A stretch of DNA of 64,000 nucleotides, taken from the NCBI GenBank assembly GCA_000002445.1, contig CP000069.1, forward strand, positions 960,001-1,024,000, read 5' to 3'. A program made the translations under genes and the position numbers. This document shows positions 51,461 through 62,856 of this stretch, in pieces. Position 1 is the first letter of the stretch; every line of letters starts with the position of its first letter. The notes beneath the pieces were generated by a model. The model made no database searches. It worked only from the letters and a program-made list of their open reading frames with translations, and was not told the DNA's origin. The stretch comes from Trypanosoma brucei. Lineage: Eukaryota.

Positions 51461-54001
51461 TCATACCTCACGGTTTTCAATCCAGTGAACGGAGCAACTC
51501 TCCTCGATGTCCTTCGCACCTTTTTTGTTTCCACGCAAGTCATTTTGCAGGTAAGTGCCACCACCGCCTTTGCACACCCAAACGCCCTCGTAGCGATTCC
51601 CATGAATTTTATTTCGCATCACATGTGGGCGACTGTTAGAGGTAACAATAATACCCGCACTGTAATTATTCAGCACTTCATTCTCTTCAATGACACCGGC
51701 ACCTTCCTGAAACACATAAATACCTGCTTCTCTTCCTTGCCGAATAATATTTCTTGACACATTTGGCGAGGCCCGCTCTTTAATGAGAATCCCGGCTCGG
51801 TTGTTCCTCCGAATTTCATTTTCGACAATAATAGGGGCAGCTTCGGCACAACAAAAGACACCTGCCTTTTGGTTGGCTGTGATGTGATTCCGTTTGAGGA
51901 CAGCATTTGCACAGGGACCCTTCGCCACCACACCGAAACTGCCATTGTTTGCTATGTGGTTCTCTTCTACCGTACCATGTGCGTTATGTAAAAAAATTCC
52001 CGTAACTCCGCCATCCACCACATCGTTTCTTTTGACACATGCAGTGCTATCCTTTTTAAGCAAGAATCCGGCCAGTTTGCAGTTCTTCACCGTATTCTTT
52101 TCAAAGAGACCATGGGCCCCTTCGAGAACAACAACACCTGCGGTTTTGGTATCACATATATGGCAGTGGGAAACAATGGCATCTACGTCACTGTTTACTG
52201 TGATGCCACTCCCATTTGAGCTTGAAATCCGGCAGCGGGATATTTTCCACTCACCCCCAACGAGAGATATGGCTCCAAAATGGGAATCCTCTTTATCATT
52301 TGCCTCAGCAGGCTCCACTGCGTATTCCTTCTTTGTCTGTCGAGCGATGTGACGAATGACGAAATTTTCTATAGTGCCCCTACCAGCTATGCAGTGTATA
52401 GCGAAGGGCCCATCACTTACTTCAACAATGGGTAGGGGATCTTCACCGATAATGCTCAAGCTGTCTGGTAAATCAGCTCCCAACACAAGTGGATCCGTGA
52501 ACACAGCTGCTTCTTTGACCACAATATTACGTACATGAGATAGTCCTTTAACAGCCTGCAGCGCGGTTTGTAGCGTTGGGTAGTCCCTGGGGACACGAAT
52601 TGTTGTATCTTTTATGTTCCGGCCCGCACCGCGAGCGAAAAAGTCAAACAAAGGTGTTACAATGTGAGGACTTGGGCTGAGACCGCTCCTATCACCACAA
52701 GATATGCGTCTCGGAGTCAGAAAACGTGATGAAGTGCTGCTTGCGCTCGATGCCCGCCACTTCACCAGTCGCATCGCCGAGCCGCTCTCATCTCTGAGCC
52801 AGTGAGTACGAGTACTTCGACCGCTACACGTGACACTGTAAGGTGTACGCTCGAGGCTGCTGCAGCTCCGCCGGCTTCGACTTGCCTTTTCAGAATCTTT
52901 TTTGCACGACTGCACGCCGTTAAAGTTTGTGGGACTTGCCATGTGCTCTGTGTCACATCCATTGCTCAACAACGCTGCGAGACTCGAGGGTGTTGCACAT
53001 CTAGGGGCGCTCGGTGTCGTGATACCATTGGATTGCACCACCGCACTTAACATGGCGTCCAAACGACACGAAATGTCTTCGAGAGAGGGCCGATCATCAG
53101 GCGATCGATATAACATATCACGCAGAAGTTCTCCCAGATGTCCGGAGAAACCCATGTCCGTTACTTGCTTCACAACCTTTTCCACAATTGAAGGATTTTC
53201 AATCACACGACTGTTTATGGGCTGCTCCTGCAAGGTGGTAAGCTCTAACATCACCACACCTAATCCCCAAACGTCTACCTTTCCATCGTACTCCTCCTGG
53301 AGCATATGTTCCGGAGCGATGTAGAGCGGTGTGCCTACAACTTTCTCTTGCGACATCCCAACCGCCACGGCCAAGCCAAAGTCACCAATCTTCACATTTC
53401 TACCCTCGTCTAGGAAAATATTTGTGGGTTTCAAATCTCTATGCAGAAACCCTTTCCTGTGAATGAATTTAAGTGCCAGAACACACTGCTTCATCCACAA
53501 AACCACACGTCTTTCCGAAATGGGGTGAAATCCAGTTGCGACAAAGCTTCTCTTCGATTTACTTATAACCACTCCCAAATCCCCGTAAGTGCATAATTCC
53601 ATAACGAGACAAACGCATATCTCATTTGGACCAATTTCCACCGCATCCTTGCCGTCTCCGCAGCTGTTATTCGTAACTACCCCAACTGCATCGACAGGCA
53701 TGTCCTCACTATATCCCTGTGAGTCGGTTGAAATAGTCGTCTTTTTGGTAGGGAATTCGAACAGCAAGCGGCGAACTTCATTTGCGTCAGACACAAGAAA
53801 AAAATCCTTGTACGACACGATGTGTGGGTAGCGTAGTTGTAGCAGTACCTTGATTTCCTTTAGCGCTGCGTTAACAGACGAAATGTCGTGGCATCGAATT
53901 ACTTTCATAGCGAATTTCCGCCCAGTTCGGACGTGAATAACACTAAGCACAGAACCCTGTGCGCCACTACCAATTGGACGGTAAATAGTGTAATCCTCCA
54001 T
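51461..54001 (-). CDS. Ser/Thr protein kinase (NEK-like catalytic domain with a large insert) fused to a C-terminal right-handed parallel beta-helix (PbH1/CASH) repeat domain
   Basis: 846-aa ORF. Kinase motifs are IGSGAQGSV, FAMKV, HRDLKPTNIFL, DFGLA and GTPLYIAPE. The C-terminal about 300 aa is a series of about 22-residue repeats with the spacing N/D-x-G-x-G-(I/V) (NNGSFGVVAKG, NQKAGVFCCAEAAPIIVENEIRRNNRAGILI, EAGIYVFQEGAGVIEENEVLNNYSAGIIVTSNS, GNRYEGVWVC), characteristic of PbH1 beta-helix repeats. Confidence 0.7.
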   Translation of the reverse strand: MEDYTIYRPIGSGAQGSVLSVIHVRTGRKFAMKVIRCHDISSVNAALKEIKVLLQLRYPHIVSYKDFFLVSDANEVRRLLFEFPTKKTTISTDSQGYSEDMPVDAVGVVTNNSCGDGKDAVEIGPNEICVCLVMELCTYGDLGVVISKSKRSFVATGFHPISERRVVLWMKQCVLALKFIHRKGFLHRDLKPTNIFLDEGRNVKIGDFGLAVAVGMSQEKVVGTPLYIAPEHMLQEEYDGKVDVWGLGVVMLELTTLQEQPINSRVIENPSIVEKVVKQVTDMGFSGHLGELLRDMLYRSPDDRPSLEDISCRLDAMLSAVVQSNGITTPSAPRCATPSSLAALLSNGCDTEHMASPTNFNGVQSCKKDSEKASRSRRSCSSLERTPYSVTCSGRSTRTHWLRDESGSAMRLVKWRASSASSTSSRFLTPRRISCGDRSGLSPSPHIVTPLFDFFARGAGRNIKDTTIRVPRDYPTLQTALQAVKGLSHVRNIVVKEAAVFTDPLVLGADLPDSLSIIGEDPLPIVEVSDGPFAIHCIAGRGTIENFVIRHIARQTKKEYAVEPAEANDKEDSHFGAISLVGGEWKISRCRISSSNGSGITVNSDVDAIVSHCHICDTKTAGVVVLEGAHGLFEKNTVKNCKLAGFLLKKDSTACVKRNDVVDGGVTGIFLHNAHGTVEENHIANNGSFGVVAKGPCANAVLKRNHITANQKAGVFCCAEAAPIIVENEIRRNNRAGILIKERASPNVSRNIIRQGREAGIYVFQEGAGVIEENEVLNNYSAGIIVTSNSRPHVMRNKIHGNRYEGVWVCKGGGGTYLQNDLRGNKKGAKDIEESCSVHWIENREV

Positions 54002-54416
54002 TGAATACTCGGGTGATTATACGCCTTTGTGTGCTAAAAGGGCACTAACAGTAATTATTCCCCTCCAAGGTACAACGCTAGGAAACAAAAGAAAAAAACG
54101 TTGCGTGGCTCCCAAGATATCACAGGCAATAATGAATACAGGTTCAGCACACATCGTAAGGATGAGGAAGAGCGCAGAGTTTCGTTGTCAAAAAGTGCGG
54201 AAGTAGACGATAATTTGGTTGAGAGAGAGAGAAACGATAAATTATATATGTATATGTTTCCTCCGCTCCATTTTTTGCTTGATTGGACCGGTGCAAAAGG
54301 GCGAATAACATGTTTGCAACTCCCACAGTCGACAACCATTCCAACAACAAACTCATGAAAGCAAACAAATACCCTACGATTTCTTAGATAGCAAGAAAAT
54401 GTGTTTAGTAAAGAAG

Positions 54417-55478
54417 CTACGCAAAGCTATGCGTCTGTGCTTTACCCAGGGTTCCACGTAATGATCGATAGCACGCCATACCGTGCAACCAACATGCAAC
54501 GGATGGGGGTGTTACTTTACCGCCTAAACAGTCTTTGATGAACAGTTCAGCTCCCTCACAATCAACGATATCATCCAAGTGCACAACTACCAGAGAATGC
54601 GGAACCGACTCAAATGCATCAAAACCAACACGACTGTCGAAGCGCGCCTGCACTTCGGCAGCGGTTTGGTTCACCTCCACCCAAAAACAAGCATCAGGTT
54701 TCATATTCTTCATGTTCTCCACAATACTGAGTAGACCTCTGTTACGGCATGCGGTGCGTTCAACACCAAGCTCATCAGCTACCTCCATCACAGCACTGTC
54801 AAATAAATGCTGAACAATCACTTCAGGGTTCACGCCACTTAGTTGCGACACCGCCTCCTCCCGTCTAAGCCTATCATTTAACAAATCACTATTTTGCACA
54901 CTATTGTGATTATGGTCAATATTATTATGGTTCCCCGTAGCAGGCCCACTTAACGGTAGTTGGCAAAGGATGTCTTGTGGCTCTGGGTGGCCACCAGGGA
55001 AGCAATAATAGCCGGGATATTCACTCACTAGCGACGAGCGACAAAACATCACAGCCTTTTCGTCGGAGGTCGTTGTAAAACACTCAATTCCGAGTGCACG
55101 AGCGAGGTATTTCCGCCTATCTGTGCCGCCGTCACTGGTAGAACGTAAAAAATAGTCGACATTCGTAGCTACTCCCATACTGGATTTATAATCTGTTATT
55201 CCAAGTTGCAAATGGCACTTACCATTATCATACTGGACAACGTTATGAAGCCGGAATTTCAATCCGTTGTGCAGTATTTTCCTTTCCAACCCCTTCATCA
55301 ACTTCCTCCACGTCTCCTCAATGATGCTATGCTCCTCTGCGAGGCCTTCCAGCCGACCAAATGAGTCATCTACCGTAACTTCCACTCTGGAAGGAGGATA
55401 CGGGTCTCCAGCACAATCTGCCGATGCGTTAAAAGCGAGGAAGATAGTTTCAAACCCGTAAATTGCACTCTTACTCAT
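54417..55478 (-). CDS. NUDT22-like Nudix-family hydrolase (UDP-sugar pyrophosphatase family)
   Basis: 353-aa ORF. KFRLHNVV and YYCFPGGHPEPQDI match human NUDT22 landmarks (KFRLHSATL...VDVPGGHPEPQAL), and the overall length is similar. Confidence 0.6.
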   Translation of the reverse strand: MSKSAIYGFETIFLAFNASADCAGDPYPPSRVEVTVDDSFGRLEGLAEEHSIIEETWRKLMKGLERKILHNGLKFRLHNVVQYDNGKCHLQLGITDYKSSMGVATNVDYFLRSTSDGGTDRRKYLARALGIECFTTTSDEKAVMFCRSSLVSEYPGYYCFPGGHPEPQDILCQLPLSGPATGNHNNIDHNHNSVQNSDLLNDRLRREEAVSQLSGVNPEVIVQHLFDSAVMEVADELGVERTACRNRGLLSIVENMKNMKPDACFWVEVNQTAAEVQARFDSRVGFDAFESVPHSLVVVHLDDIVDCEGAELFIKDCLGGKVTPPSVACWLHGMACYRSLRGTLGKAQTHSFA

Positions 55479-55910
55479 AACTTTCCCCTCTCCTTTTTTT
55501 TAGACTCCACGCATATATGCCACTTTACAACCTTATGTCTAAAACAATTAAAACCCTTTCCATGCTGCACACAAATACGTGGGAGGAAAAAGAGAAAAAG
55601 GTGCCGCAGATACACACAACTACAGGGGTGATTAAACTAAGTTCCCTCGTCATAAAGAATGATTGATTAACGATGGGGTGCGTCTCCACAGAGATTTAAA
55701 CTTTTCTCAAAACACACGAGCAGAAACAAAATAACAAAGAAACGACCGCGTTTCATGACAACGAACATTCAGTGGAGCAATGGTTATTACAGTGTTTTCA
55801 TCTACAAAGGAACCGATCAACCCACTGAAGAGGTTAGACATTTAAAAGAAATATATTGGAAAAATAAGAAACTGGAAATATGACCCGTACATTTTTTTTT
55901 AGACATAAGT

Positions 55911-58352
55911 TTACCGTTGCCCCATCAACTGGACTCCACCATTTGATGTTCCAATGGCGAGCACATTTTCTATGGGGTGCCAACAGATGGCTGTCGCCGT
56001 ATCGGTGACTGGCAGTTTGTCCAAAACCGCACCAGAACCTACATCATAAATAAAGACATTACGAGTTTCGCTTCCAACGGCTACGAGGGCACCGGTTGGC
56101 GAAAACGCAACCCCGACGGCTGTCGCATTGCTGCGGTGCTGAGCGAGCTGACGAACAGAGCGCTTTTGCCTAATATCCCACAAACGCACTGTACTATCCA
56201 TTCCCGCTGTAAGACACATGTGGAGGTGATTGCTTCCGATAGAGGCGTAACGGCCAGCTGTCAGCAACGCCACGCTGTGTATGGGTCGCGTGTGTGCTTC
56301 CTCTATCACGTTAATGTTTTGCCCAACATGTAAGTCATACACGCCGAATGACTTGTTTGACGCTGCCCACACCACAACATTGGAGGCGAAGTGATTGATA
56401 GCGTCGACCCCGACCACGTGCTGCGCCGAGGGTACTGTAAACTCGAGTGCGGGCTTCATCTTTGATTCATTCCGCTTCCTATCCAAATCCCCTCCACCAT
56501 CATCCAAACAATAACGACAGAAATTTACGCTGTTTGCAGTGGCATAGCATATAAACTTGTCCGTGTAAACAAATTTAACTGCTCGCACGTCCCTCCCCAC
56601 CTTCTGTACGATATAAGGCGAAGCGCGCTTTGTAGGCCGCCACACGGCCACTACACCATCGCATGAGCCTGTGACCACAACAGGTGCGTTAAGAGACATA
56701 TTAGCATCTATAGAGCTCAGGGGTGCAGTATGTACCCGTAATGCCGTTCCGTCGCCCTCATTCTTTGCCACCGGCATCTTCAGCATAAAAGCCGATGCGT
56801 CACCAGATGCAGTTACCAGTGCAGAGCCACTGGCGGTAAATTTAGCCGATGTTATGACAGCACGGTGAATGGGAGAAGAAAGAAGAAATCTATTAGCGGC
56901 TGTCATCGGCTGAAGAGGTCGGTTGGACAGTGGCAAAAATTTGTATCGTGGAACGGCAACGGCTGTGGACGGATGCTTGGGTGCCCTTGTAGCCCTTTCA
57001 CGCAACTTCTTCTGCCGCTGTTGCACACTCCACGGGACACTGGCGGTGTAACCGCTACTTTTGATAGGGCGTCCAAACGTCACCGGTTTATCCGTAGGCA
57101 TCTTTTTATCTCTTGCAACGCTCAATTTTCCGGTGTTCCGGGTGGAAGGGACCTTCTGCTGATTATGTTGGGGAGGTAATTGCAGGGGTTCCAGTAGATG
57201 CGGGGGCAATGGAAATCGTGCGTGCATGATGTCGCTGGAAGGATCAAAAGAATCATCACATCCATCTCCCAAAATACCATCCACGGCAGACAAGTACAAC
57301 AACTCTTGCGTGCCCGATACTAAGGCACACCATGAGCCATCTCTTGACGCCGCAGAAATCTGTGGAGTTTTCTCACCGAAAAATAACGTATTACTGTCTA
57401 ATAATTCCATCGAATTTTTGTTGTAGTAAACAACCGCATCTGTGCGCATTACTACCATTATCGACCGACCAACGACCACTTCCATCACACGGACCCCTCC
57501 ATAAAGGGATACATGCTCTGGTATATCGACATCCCGATATATCTGCTTCGTCACATCAAGGACGAAAAAAACCTGCAAATTATCCTGCTGAACCAACTTT
57601 ATTGTGCCGTCTGATAAACCAACAACAAGATGTCCTTCCTCACTACCTCCAACCGCAAAACATGTTACCTGTTGAGCTCGAGTTATAATATGACCATCCC
57701 TTTGGAGATAAGGTTCCACACTCCACCACTCTTCATTACAGTGGAGACTTACTAGATGATTTCCCCTTGAAATGGCAAACAAAATGCTGCCGCCAAAGGC
57801 AGCGAATGCTGCACCGGCTTCACCGTACCAACAACTGCAGTCCAGAAGCAACAGGGTAGGTGCCACACCATCCGCAAGATTGTACCGTAATCGGCAATCT
57901 ACCAAAGTAATTCCACAAGGAGAACACACAGCTATGGTAGTGCCGTCGGTAGACCACACAACATGGGTGGCACCAGGTGGAACACCATTACAAAGGAACT
58001 CTTCATTTAAGAGAAGCACTTCATCCGCGTCATCGTCATCATCATCTCCGTAATCATCGTTTCCGTGTCCGAAAGACAACGCAGAGCTCCACGTGAAGAG
58101 AGCTGCTGACGATTCTCCAATAACCGCAACTTTCTCTTGGAATACGGAAAGAAGGATGGGCACAAATCCCATTTCCACTAGCGGATGCATGTTGGGCTCC
58201 TCTTCTCCACATTCCCATGCGTACATGACTGCCGGCCCACTGCCGTTGCTTTGACTACACCACAGTAATCGTTGTGACGATAGAGCCATGCAGTTCACAA
58301 TTCCCCCATTTATCTGGATAGCGCGAGGCGTAGCTCCCGTTTCCTTATACAT
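55911..58352 (-). CDS. WD40-repeat protein (813 aa)
   Basis: Several WD-like units, for example TAGMDSTVRLWDIRQK, AFSPTGALVAVGSETRNVFIYDV and ICWHPIENVLAIGTSNGGVQLM, plus an acidic DDDDDDAD tract. Confidence 0.65.
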   Translation of the reverse strand: MYKETGATPRAIQINGGIVNCMALSSQRLLWCSQSNGSGPAVMYAWECGEEEPNMHPLVEMGFVPILLSVFQEKVAVIGESSAALFTWSSALSFGHGNDDYGDDDDDDADEVLLLNEEFLCNGVPPGATHVVWSTDGTTIAVCSPCGITLVDCRLRYNLADGVAPTLLLLDCSCWYGEAGAAFAAFGGSILFAISRGNHLVSLHCNEEWWSVEPYLQRDGHIITRAQQVTCFAVGGSEEGHLVVGLSDGTIKLVQQDNLQVFFVLDVTKQIYRDVDIPEHVSLYGGVRVMEVVVGRSIMVVMRTDAVVYYNKNSMELLDSNTLFFGEKTPQISAASRDGSWCALVSGTQELLYLSAVDGILGDGCDDSFDPSSDIMHARFPLPPHLLEPLQLPPQHNQQKVPSTRNTGKLSVARDKKMPTDKPVTFGRPIKSSGYTASVPWSVQQRQKKLRERATRAPKHPSTAVAVPRYKFLPLSNRPLQPMTAANRFLLSSPIHRAVITSAKFTASGSALVTASGDASAFMLKMPVAKNEGDGTALRVHTAPLSSIDANMSLNAPVVVTGSCDGVVAVWRPTKRASPYIVQKVGRDVRAVKFVYTDKFICYATANSVNFCRYCLDDGGGDLDRKRNESKMKPALEFTVPSAQHVVGVDAINHFASNVVVWAASNKSFGVYDLHVGQNINVIEEAHTRPIHSVALLTAGRYASIGSNHLHMCLTAGMDSTVRLWDIRQKRSVRQLAQHRSNATAVGVAFSPTGALVAVGSETRNVFIYDVGSGAVLDKLPVTDTATAICWHPIENVLAIGTSNGGVQLMGQR

Positions 58353-58664
58353 GGATGGGAAATCTTTATCTCCCCAGATCTTTTACTCTTGGTAATATGA
58401 TACCGCGATAGTCTCCACGAAGTAAAGGATGAACAATAAAAAAAAAAGGTGAAAAAATTTAAAAAATGTGAACACATGTTGATTCCCATTTCCTTTTTTT
58501 TACTCTTGTGTCAATACAAGACTATAAATACTCCTACAAGCGTAAGCAGAGGGCACAGTGGAGTAACTTTGAGTGGGTGACATCCACAACACTTTACTCC
58601 TTATAATATTAACACCAAACCCGTCAACCATCTCGCAATGCCTTCCCACCCCCCTCCTTCAGCG

Positions 58665-60362
58665 TCACAATGACGAATCCTGAGAAAGCATGTGTACTGT
58701 GTTAAGGAAAAGTGCATTGCTCGCAACTTTCTTCAACTCAGACCTTTCACCTCCAGAACCACCAAGCACGGCTTCGCGAGTACTCAACTCCATGATGTGT
58801 TCCATTTCCTTCAATTGCAGCAGTACATCAGTTTCATCCCTCTCAGAGGGGTACACCGCGTGGCTGCGGCCCGTCTCCTCTTCGTTAGACTCAGTGGTAT
58901 TGTCACTGCCGCTGCAAACGCTTGCACCATCGTTGAATAAGTAATCATCTAATCGGTTCACATCGTCCCCTGTAAGAGTCTGCAGACGTTCTGCCTCCTG
59001 AGCATAAGCGTAGAGCCAACTGGTACTGTGACTGCGAAGTGTCGGTACATTCATTACTTTACGTCGTAAGTTGCAGAGATAGCGCTGAGAGAAAATATCT
59101 TCACCACTTTCATTGCTTTCTTGAAGGTTTCCTCCACCTCCTTTCTTCACATCTTTGAGAAAACTTTCAATCACAGCTGCATGTGACCCCGCTACATCCC
59201 TCCGCAGGCGCTGTAGTGCAATTGTGAGCTGGAGTCCATGAAGAAGTTCCTCTTCTGTTGCTTCAACTGCGACGCAACTTTCATCTCCACCACTTGCGGA
59301 ACGCTGCTGAAGAGAATATGTCGTAGCGCAAAGCGGCGTCGAAATGAGCGATGGTGGAGCTGCTGAACAGTGTAGGTGGGCGAAAATGTAACGGGGAATG
59401 CGCAGAGGAACACGCACATAGCAACCACTTTGTGTCAGCATGCGGTATTCTTCAACTACACCGCGCACCATACTCTCTGCACCGGAGTACTGTGTTGGGG
59501 CAAGTGCACCATTCCGCAACCAATGTAGTGGCTGACGAGCGGTATGATGAAGCAGCGCAGCACGTGCAAGTGTTGGGTTTTTATCCACCAATTCGGCAAC
59601 GGGTGCTGGAACCGCAACCACAGCAAGGTGCCACGACCCTTCACGCATAGTGGAGGCCACTCGGCGCGCCCACACTTGCAACGCTTCCGTCATTTCCTCC
59701 TCAAGGAAACGCTTCCGTACTGAATCGTCTACTTCAAGTAATGTAAGAAGAGGTTCCAACCTTTCATAGCATTTATCACGGAGGGACTGCTGCTTTAGGG
59801 ACTTCTGACGGGGTCTCAACTGACCATTAGGTCGCAGGGGGACAACAAAAACGGAACCACCCATCATAATAACACGACCAACCATTCTCTGATGATAATC
59901 ATATTCCTCTGCACCCCAGCGACTGAGGTATTCACCACGTGTTCCTTCAGAGTTTTCGATGATATCTGCAAGTTCGAGCAGCAACACATCCGTTTCTTCC
60001 TCCTCCTCCTCCTCCCTCTTTACCGTGCCTTCACTTTCCGTTACTGCTGCAGTTAATCCCTGAATGGCTTCGGTCAGGTCCAAAAGCATCATGGCGGTCA
60101 CTCGCGTATCTTCATCGTTCCCCCCTAAAGATAAATAAGCCTCGAATGCGTAATAACCACACCTGTGAGTACCGGAAGAGAACAAAGTTTCCGGAAGAGA
60201 AAGAGGTGTAAGATTGCTAAAGAGATTGTCCTCCGTCCACAAATAGGAACTGGTGGCATGATAACTGCGCTGCGAGTGCTTACGCAGTGAATAAAGCAAA
60301 TCCGTACGTGTGGGCGGGGAATGTGAGTACGTACCAAGAAGAATCACATTTAGTACCATCAA
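58665..60362 (-). CDS. Hypothetical protein (565 aa) with an acidic EEEEEE tract
   Basis: Long ORF in the minus array. No motif recognised. Confidence 0.5.
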   Translation of the reverse strand: MMVLNVILLGTYSHSPPTRTDLLYSLRKHSQRSYHATSSYLWTEDNLFSNLTPLSLPETLFSSGTHRCGYYAFEAYLSLGGNDEDTRVTAMMLLDLTEAIQGLTAAVTESEGTVKREEEEEEETDVLLLELADIIENSEGTRGEYLSRWGAEEYDYHQRMVGRVIMMGGSVFVVPLRPNGQLRPRQKSLKQQSLRDKCYERLEPLLTLLEVDDSVRKRFLEEEMTEALQVWARRVASTMREGSWHLAVVAVPAPVAELVDKNPTLARAALLHHTARQPLHWLRNGALAPTQYSGAESMVRGVVEEYRMLTQSGCYVRVPLRIPRYIFAHLHCSAAPPSLISTPLCATTYSLQQRSASGGDESCVAVEATEEELLHGLQLTIALQRLRRDVAGSHAAVIESFLKDVKKGGGGNLQESNESGEDIFSQRYLCNLRRKVMNVPTLRSHSTSWLYAYAQEAERLQTLTGDDVNRLDDYLFNDGASVCSGSDNTTESNEEETGRSHAVYPSERDETDVLLQLKEMEHIMELSTREAVLGGSGGERSELKKVASNALFLNTVHMLSQDSSL

Positions 60363-60792
60363 CTAACTGAAACCCTCTTCCACCACCTCCTTCTCCTTTT
60401 TATTTTCTTTTCCTTTTAAATATTAGGGAAAACCAACAGGGTAAAAAATGAAGTGAAAAATAAAACAGCAGCAAAGCAAACTTTGGAAGCATCATGACCC
60501 ATAGAAGTTATCTGCTCTGGTATCTATCCACTGATTCCCCGTGTTATGCTGATTCGGTTTCTACAACCATTTAAGAAGAGGGGCAACAAAAAAAAAGTAA
60601 AAAAAGGAGCGTAGAATTACACTGCTACAACACAATCAGCAATAAAAAGTAAAGGAAACATATTACTCTCTATTTCGTAAGTAGTTCCTCGCTTTTTGTC
60701 CTTGTTTCATGGAATAGAAAAATAAATGTATAAATATTTATGCATACATACGTATATATAAACACGAATGTATGAATACACGTATATAAATT

Positions 60793-60817
60793 AATATATA
60801 TATATATATATATATAT
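60793..60817. repeat. (AT)12 microsatellite in the intergenic region between minus-strand genes
   Basis: atatatatatatatatatatatat, read directly. Confidence 0.9.
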
Positions 60818-61051
60818 GTATTGACGTTATCTAATTGTTTCTATAGTGTCAATATCATCCTACTTCCTTCTTACCACGTTTCTAAACCTCCGACATCTAT
60901 GATACCTTGAAACGTTTTTGAGAGTACCACCATAAAAATTGTAAGTGGTGGTGATACACGTTCAAGATTGAATACACATCAAAACACAAACTAACACATT
61001 ACTCAGGAGTTCAAAACTGAAAAAAATTAAAAAATTAAAAAATAAAAAAAG

Positions 61052-61858
61052 CTAAACAGCGAGCCTCTGCGCCAAGTCATCCAGTGCAAAAAGGCGCCGC
61101 TCCGTTGCGCCAACCACATCTTCTTCCTCTTCCCCTCCCAAAACAGAGCCACTTGACCCCGCGTTCCTTACAGGTGACTGCAAACATGAACGTGACGTAT
61201 CCTCCTTTGCAGGCGATACAAAGGCGGACAGACCGGCAACACTGCTGTTACCACTTTGTGTGCTTTGTCGGCTCTGTGTGGTGTATGAAGTGAAAGCACA
61301 ATCCCTTTTACTCGTTTTACCGGAGTCTACAATTGTCCTCCGGTCGTCATCCAGATGCGATATGGAAAAACTTTGTGTGCTAAGCGCAGCCCATTCATCT
61401 TGCAGACCCTTTTGCGCATTAACAACTTCCACCACAATACGCTCTGCAGCAAACAGTCGCTCTGAGAGAATCATACGTTCCTCTTCCGCCACCTTCAACT
61501 TCTTTTCCAGCATGTCAATGCGGTCGAACAAAGCGGAGGGATCAAACCCCTGAGGTGCTGCAACAGCCGCAGTTTCAACGATTCCAACTTTTGAGTTCGT
61601 TCTGTCATTCACAAACTTCACGTTAGGGACGTCATGACTGCGTTGGGAAGAAGCGGACGGTTTGATATCTCCTCCGCCTGCGGTTGGTATCCTTTTCTGT
61701 TTCTCATTACTGGGATCCAGACCATACTTTTTCCCCCATCGCTCCAGTTGCACATCAATTTCTTCCAACAGTTGCACAGTTCGCGCATCGTCAACCATGT
61801 TATTGTTGAGAAACATAGGTCTCCTTGTGTGTTGTGAACGCTTTTGCAGAAACAACAC
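61052..61858 (-). CDS. Hypothetical coiled-coil protein (268 aa). The probable start is an internal Met (MFLNNNMVDD).
   Basis: ORF with a heptad-rich segment (LFDRIDMLEKKLKVAEEERMILSERLFAAERIVVEV). It is the last, most upstream, ORF seen on the minus strand. Confidence 0.45.
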   Translation of the reverse strand: MLFLQKRSQHTRRPMFLNNNMVDDARTVQLLEEIDVQLERWGKKYGLDPSNEKQKRIPTAGGGDIKPSASSQRSHDVPNVKFVNDRTNSKVGIVETAAVAAPQGFDPSALFDRIDMLEKKLKVAEEERMILSERLFAAERIVVEVVNAQKGLQDEWAALSTQSFSISHLDDDRRTIVDSGKTSKRDCAFTSYTTQSRQSTQSGNSSVAGLSAFVSPAKEDTSRSCLQSPVRNAGSSGSVLGGEEEEDVVGATERRLFALDDLAQRLAV

Positions 61859-62820
61859 GGTTCAGGTTACTTTTTTCTCCTAACTTCTTTGACGGTTCTT
61901 TCCTACAACCCACAAAGCGACATCAATATCAACAGTAATAATAGTAATAAGAACATCGTCGACGGGACATAGTGAATGGAAATGGAAGGAAAACACAAGA
62001 GGAATGAATTTACGAGTATTGATGTGTGTGTGTGTGTGTCGAGGGGAGGGGAGACAACCATAATTCTAACGAAAGTACGACACGAATTTCATATTGATAT
62101 TTGTACATTAACAGGCTGTTTCACTTATTCCTTTTATGGTTTATCCACCACTTCGTTTTGCCTCTCCGCCAGTTCGCCCAGCAGTTCAAATGAGCAGATG
62201 CAGTGCTACGCCGTAGTAAAAGCTAATTAATTAATGTGTCATGCATTTGTCTATAACGTTATTTTTACTTTCCTATATGTGACGTGGTGAGAAGATAAAA
62301 GAGAGTGATAATAAAAAGTGAAAATATTGTTCATTTACTTCTACAACTTCAAAAAACTCAATTTGTAGCATCAAACTTTATAATTTTCATGATATCACGA
62401 ACACTGGAGCGGATCACAGTGATCAATGTTAATCAAACGGAATGCACTGCATAAACAAGTAAACAAGCACAAGCGCACGACAGAAATAGAAAGGAAAAAA
62501 AAAACAAACAAAAGTACTGTGGTGTGACGACAACAACAATAAAGGCAGTACGATAATTTTATTTTTGAAGAAAAAAATAATTAATTTATCGTCCATGCCG
62601 CGTTATTTACTTTTCCCTTACCATCTAGTACGTTTGTCTTTTTTTTTTTTCAACTTCTGCATATGATATTGTTTCGCTTGTTTGTCTGCTGGTTCTGTTT
62701 TCCCTCCTCACATTTTCATATTTCCTTGAAAAAAGGAAAAAAAGTAAATAAAGAAAAACATCTTTAGTAACAACAAAAAAAAGCAAATATTCCCCCCTTC
62801 GCTGTGGTTATATACACAAA

Positions 62821-62856
62821 TATATATATACATATATATATATTTATACATATATG
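62821..62856. repeat. Imperfect (TA)n / TATACA low-complexity tract
   Basis: tatatatatacatatatatatatttatacatatatg, read directly. Confidence 0.8.
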
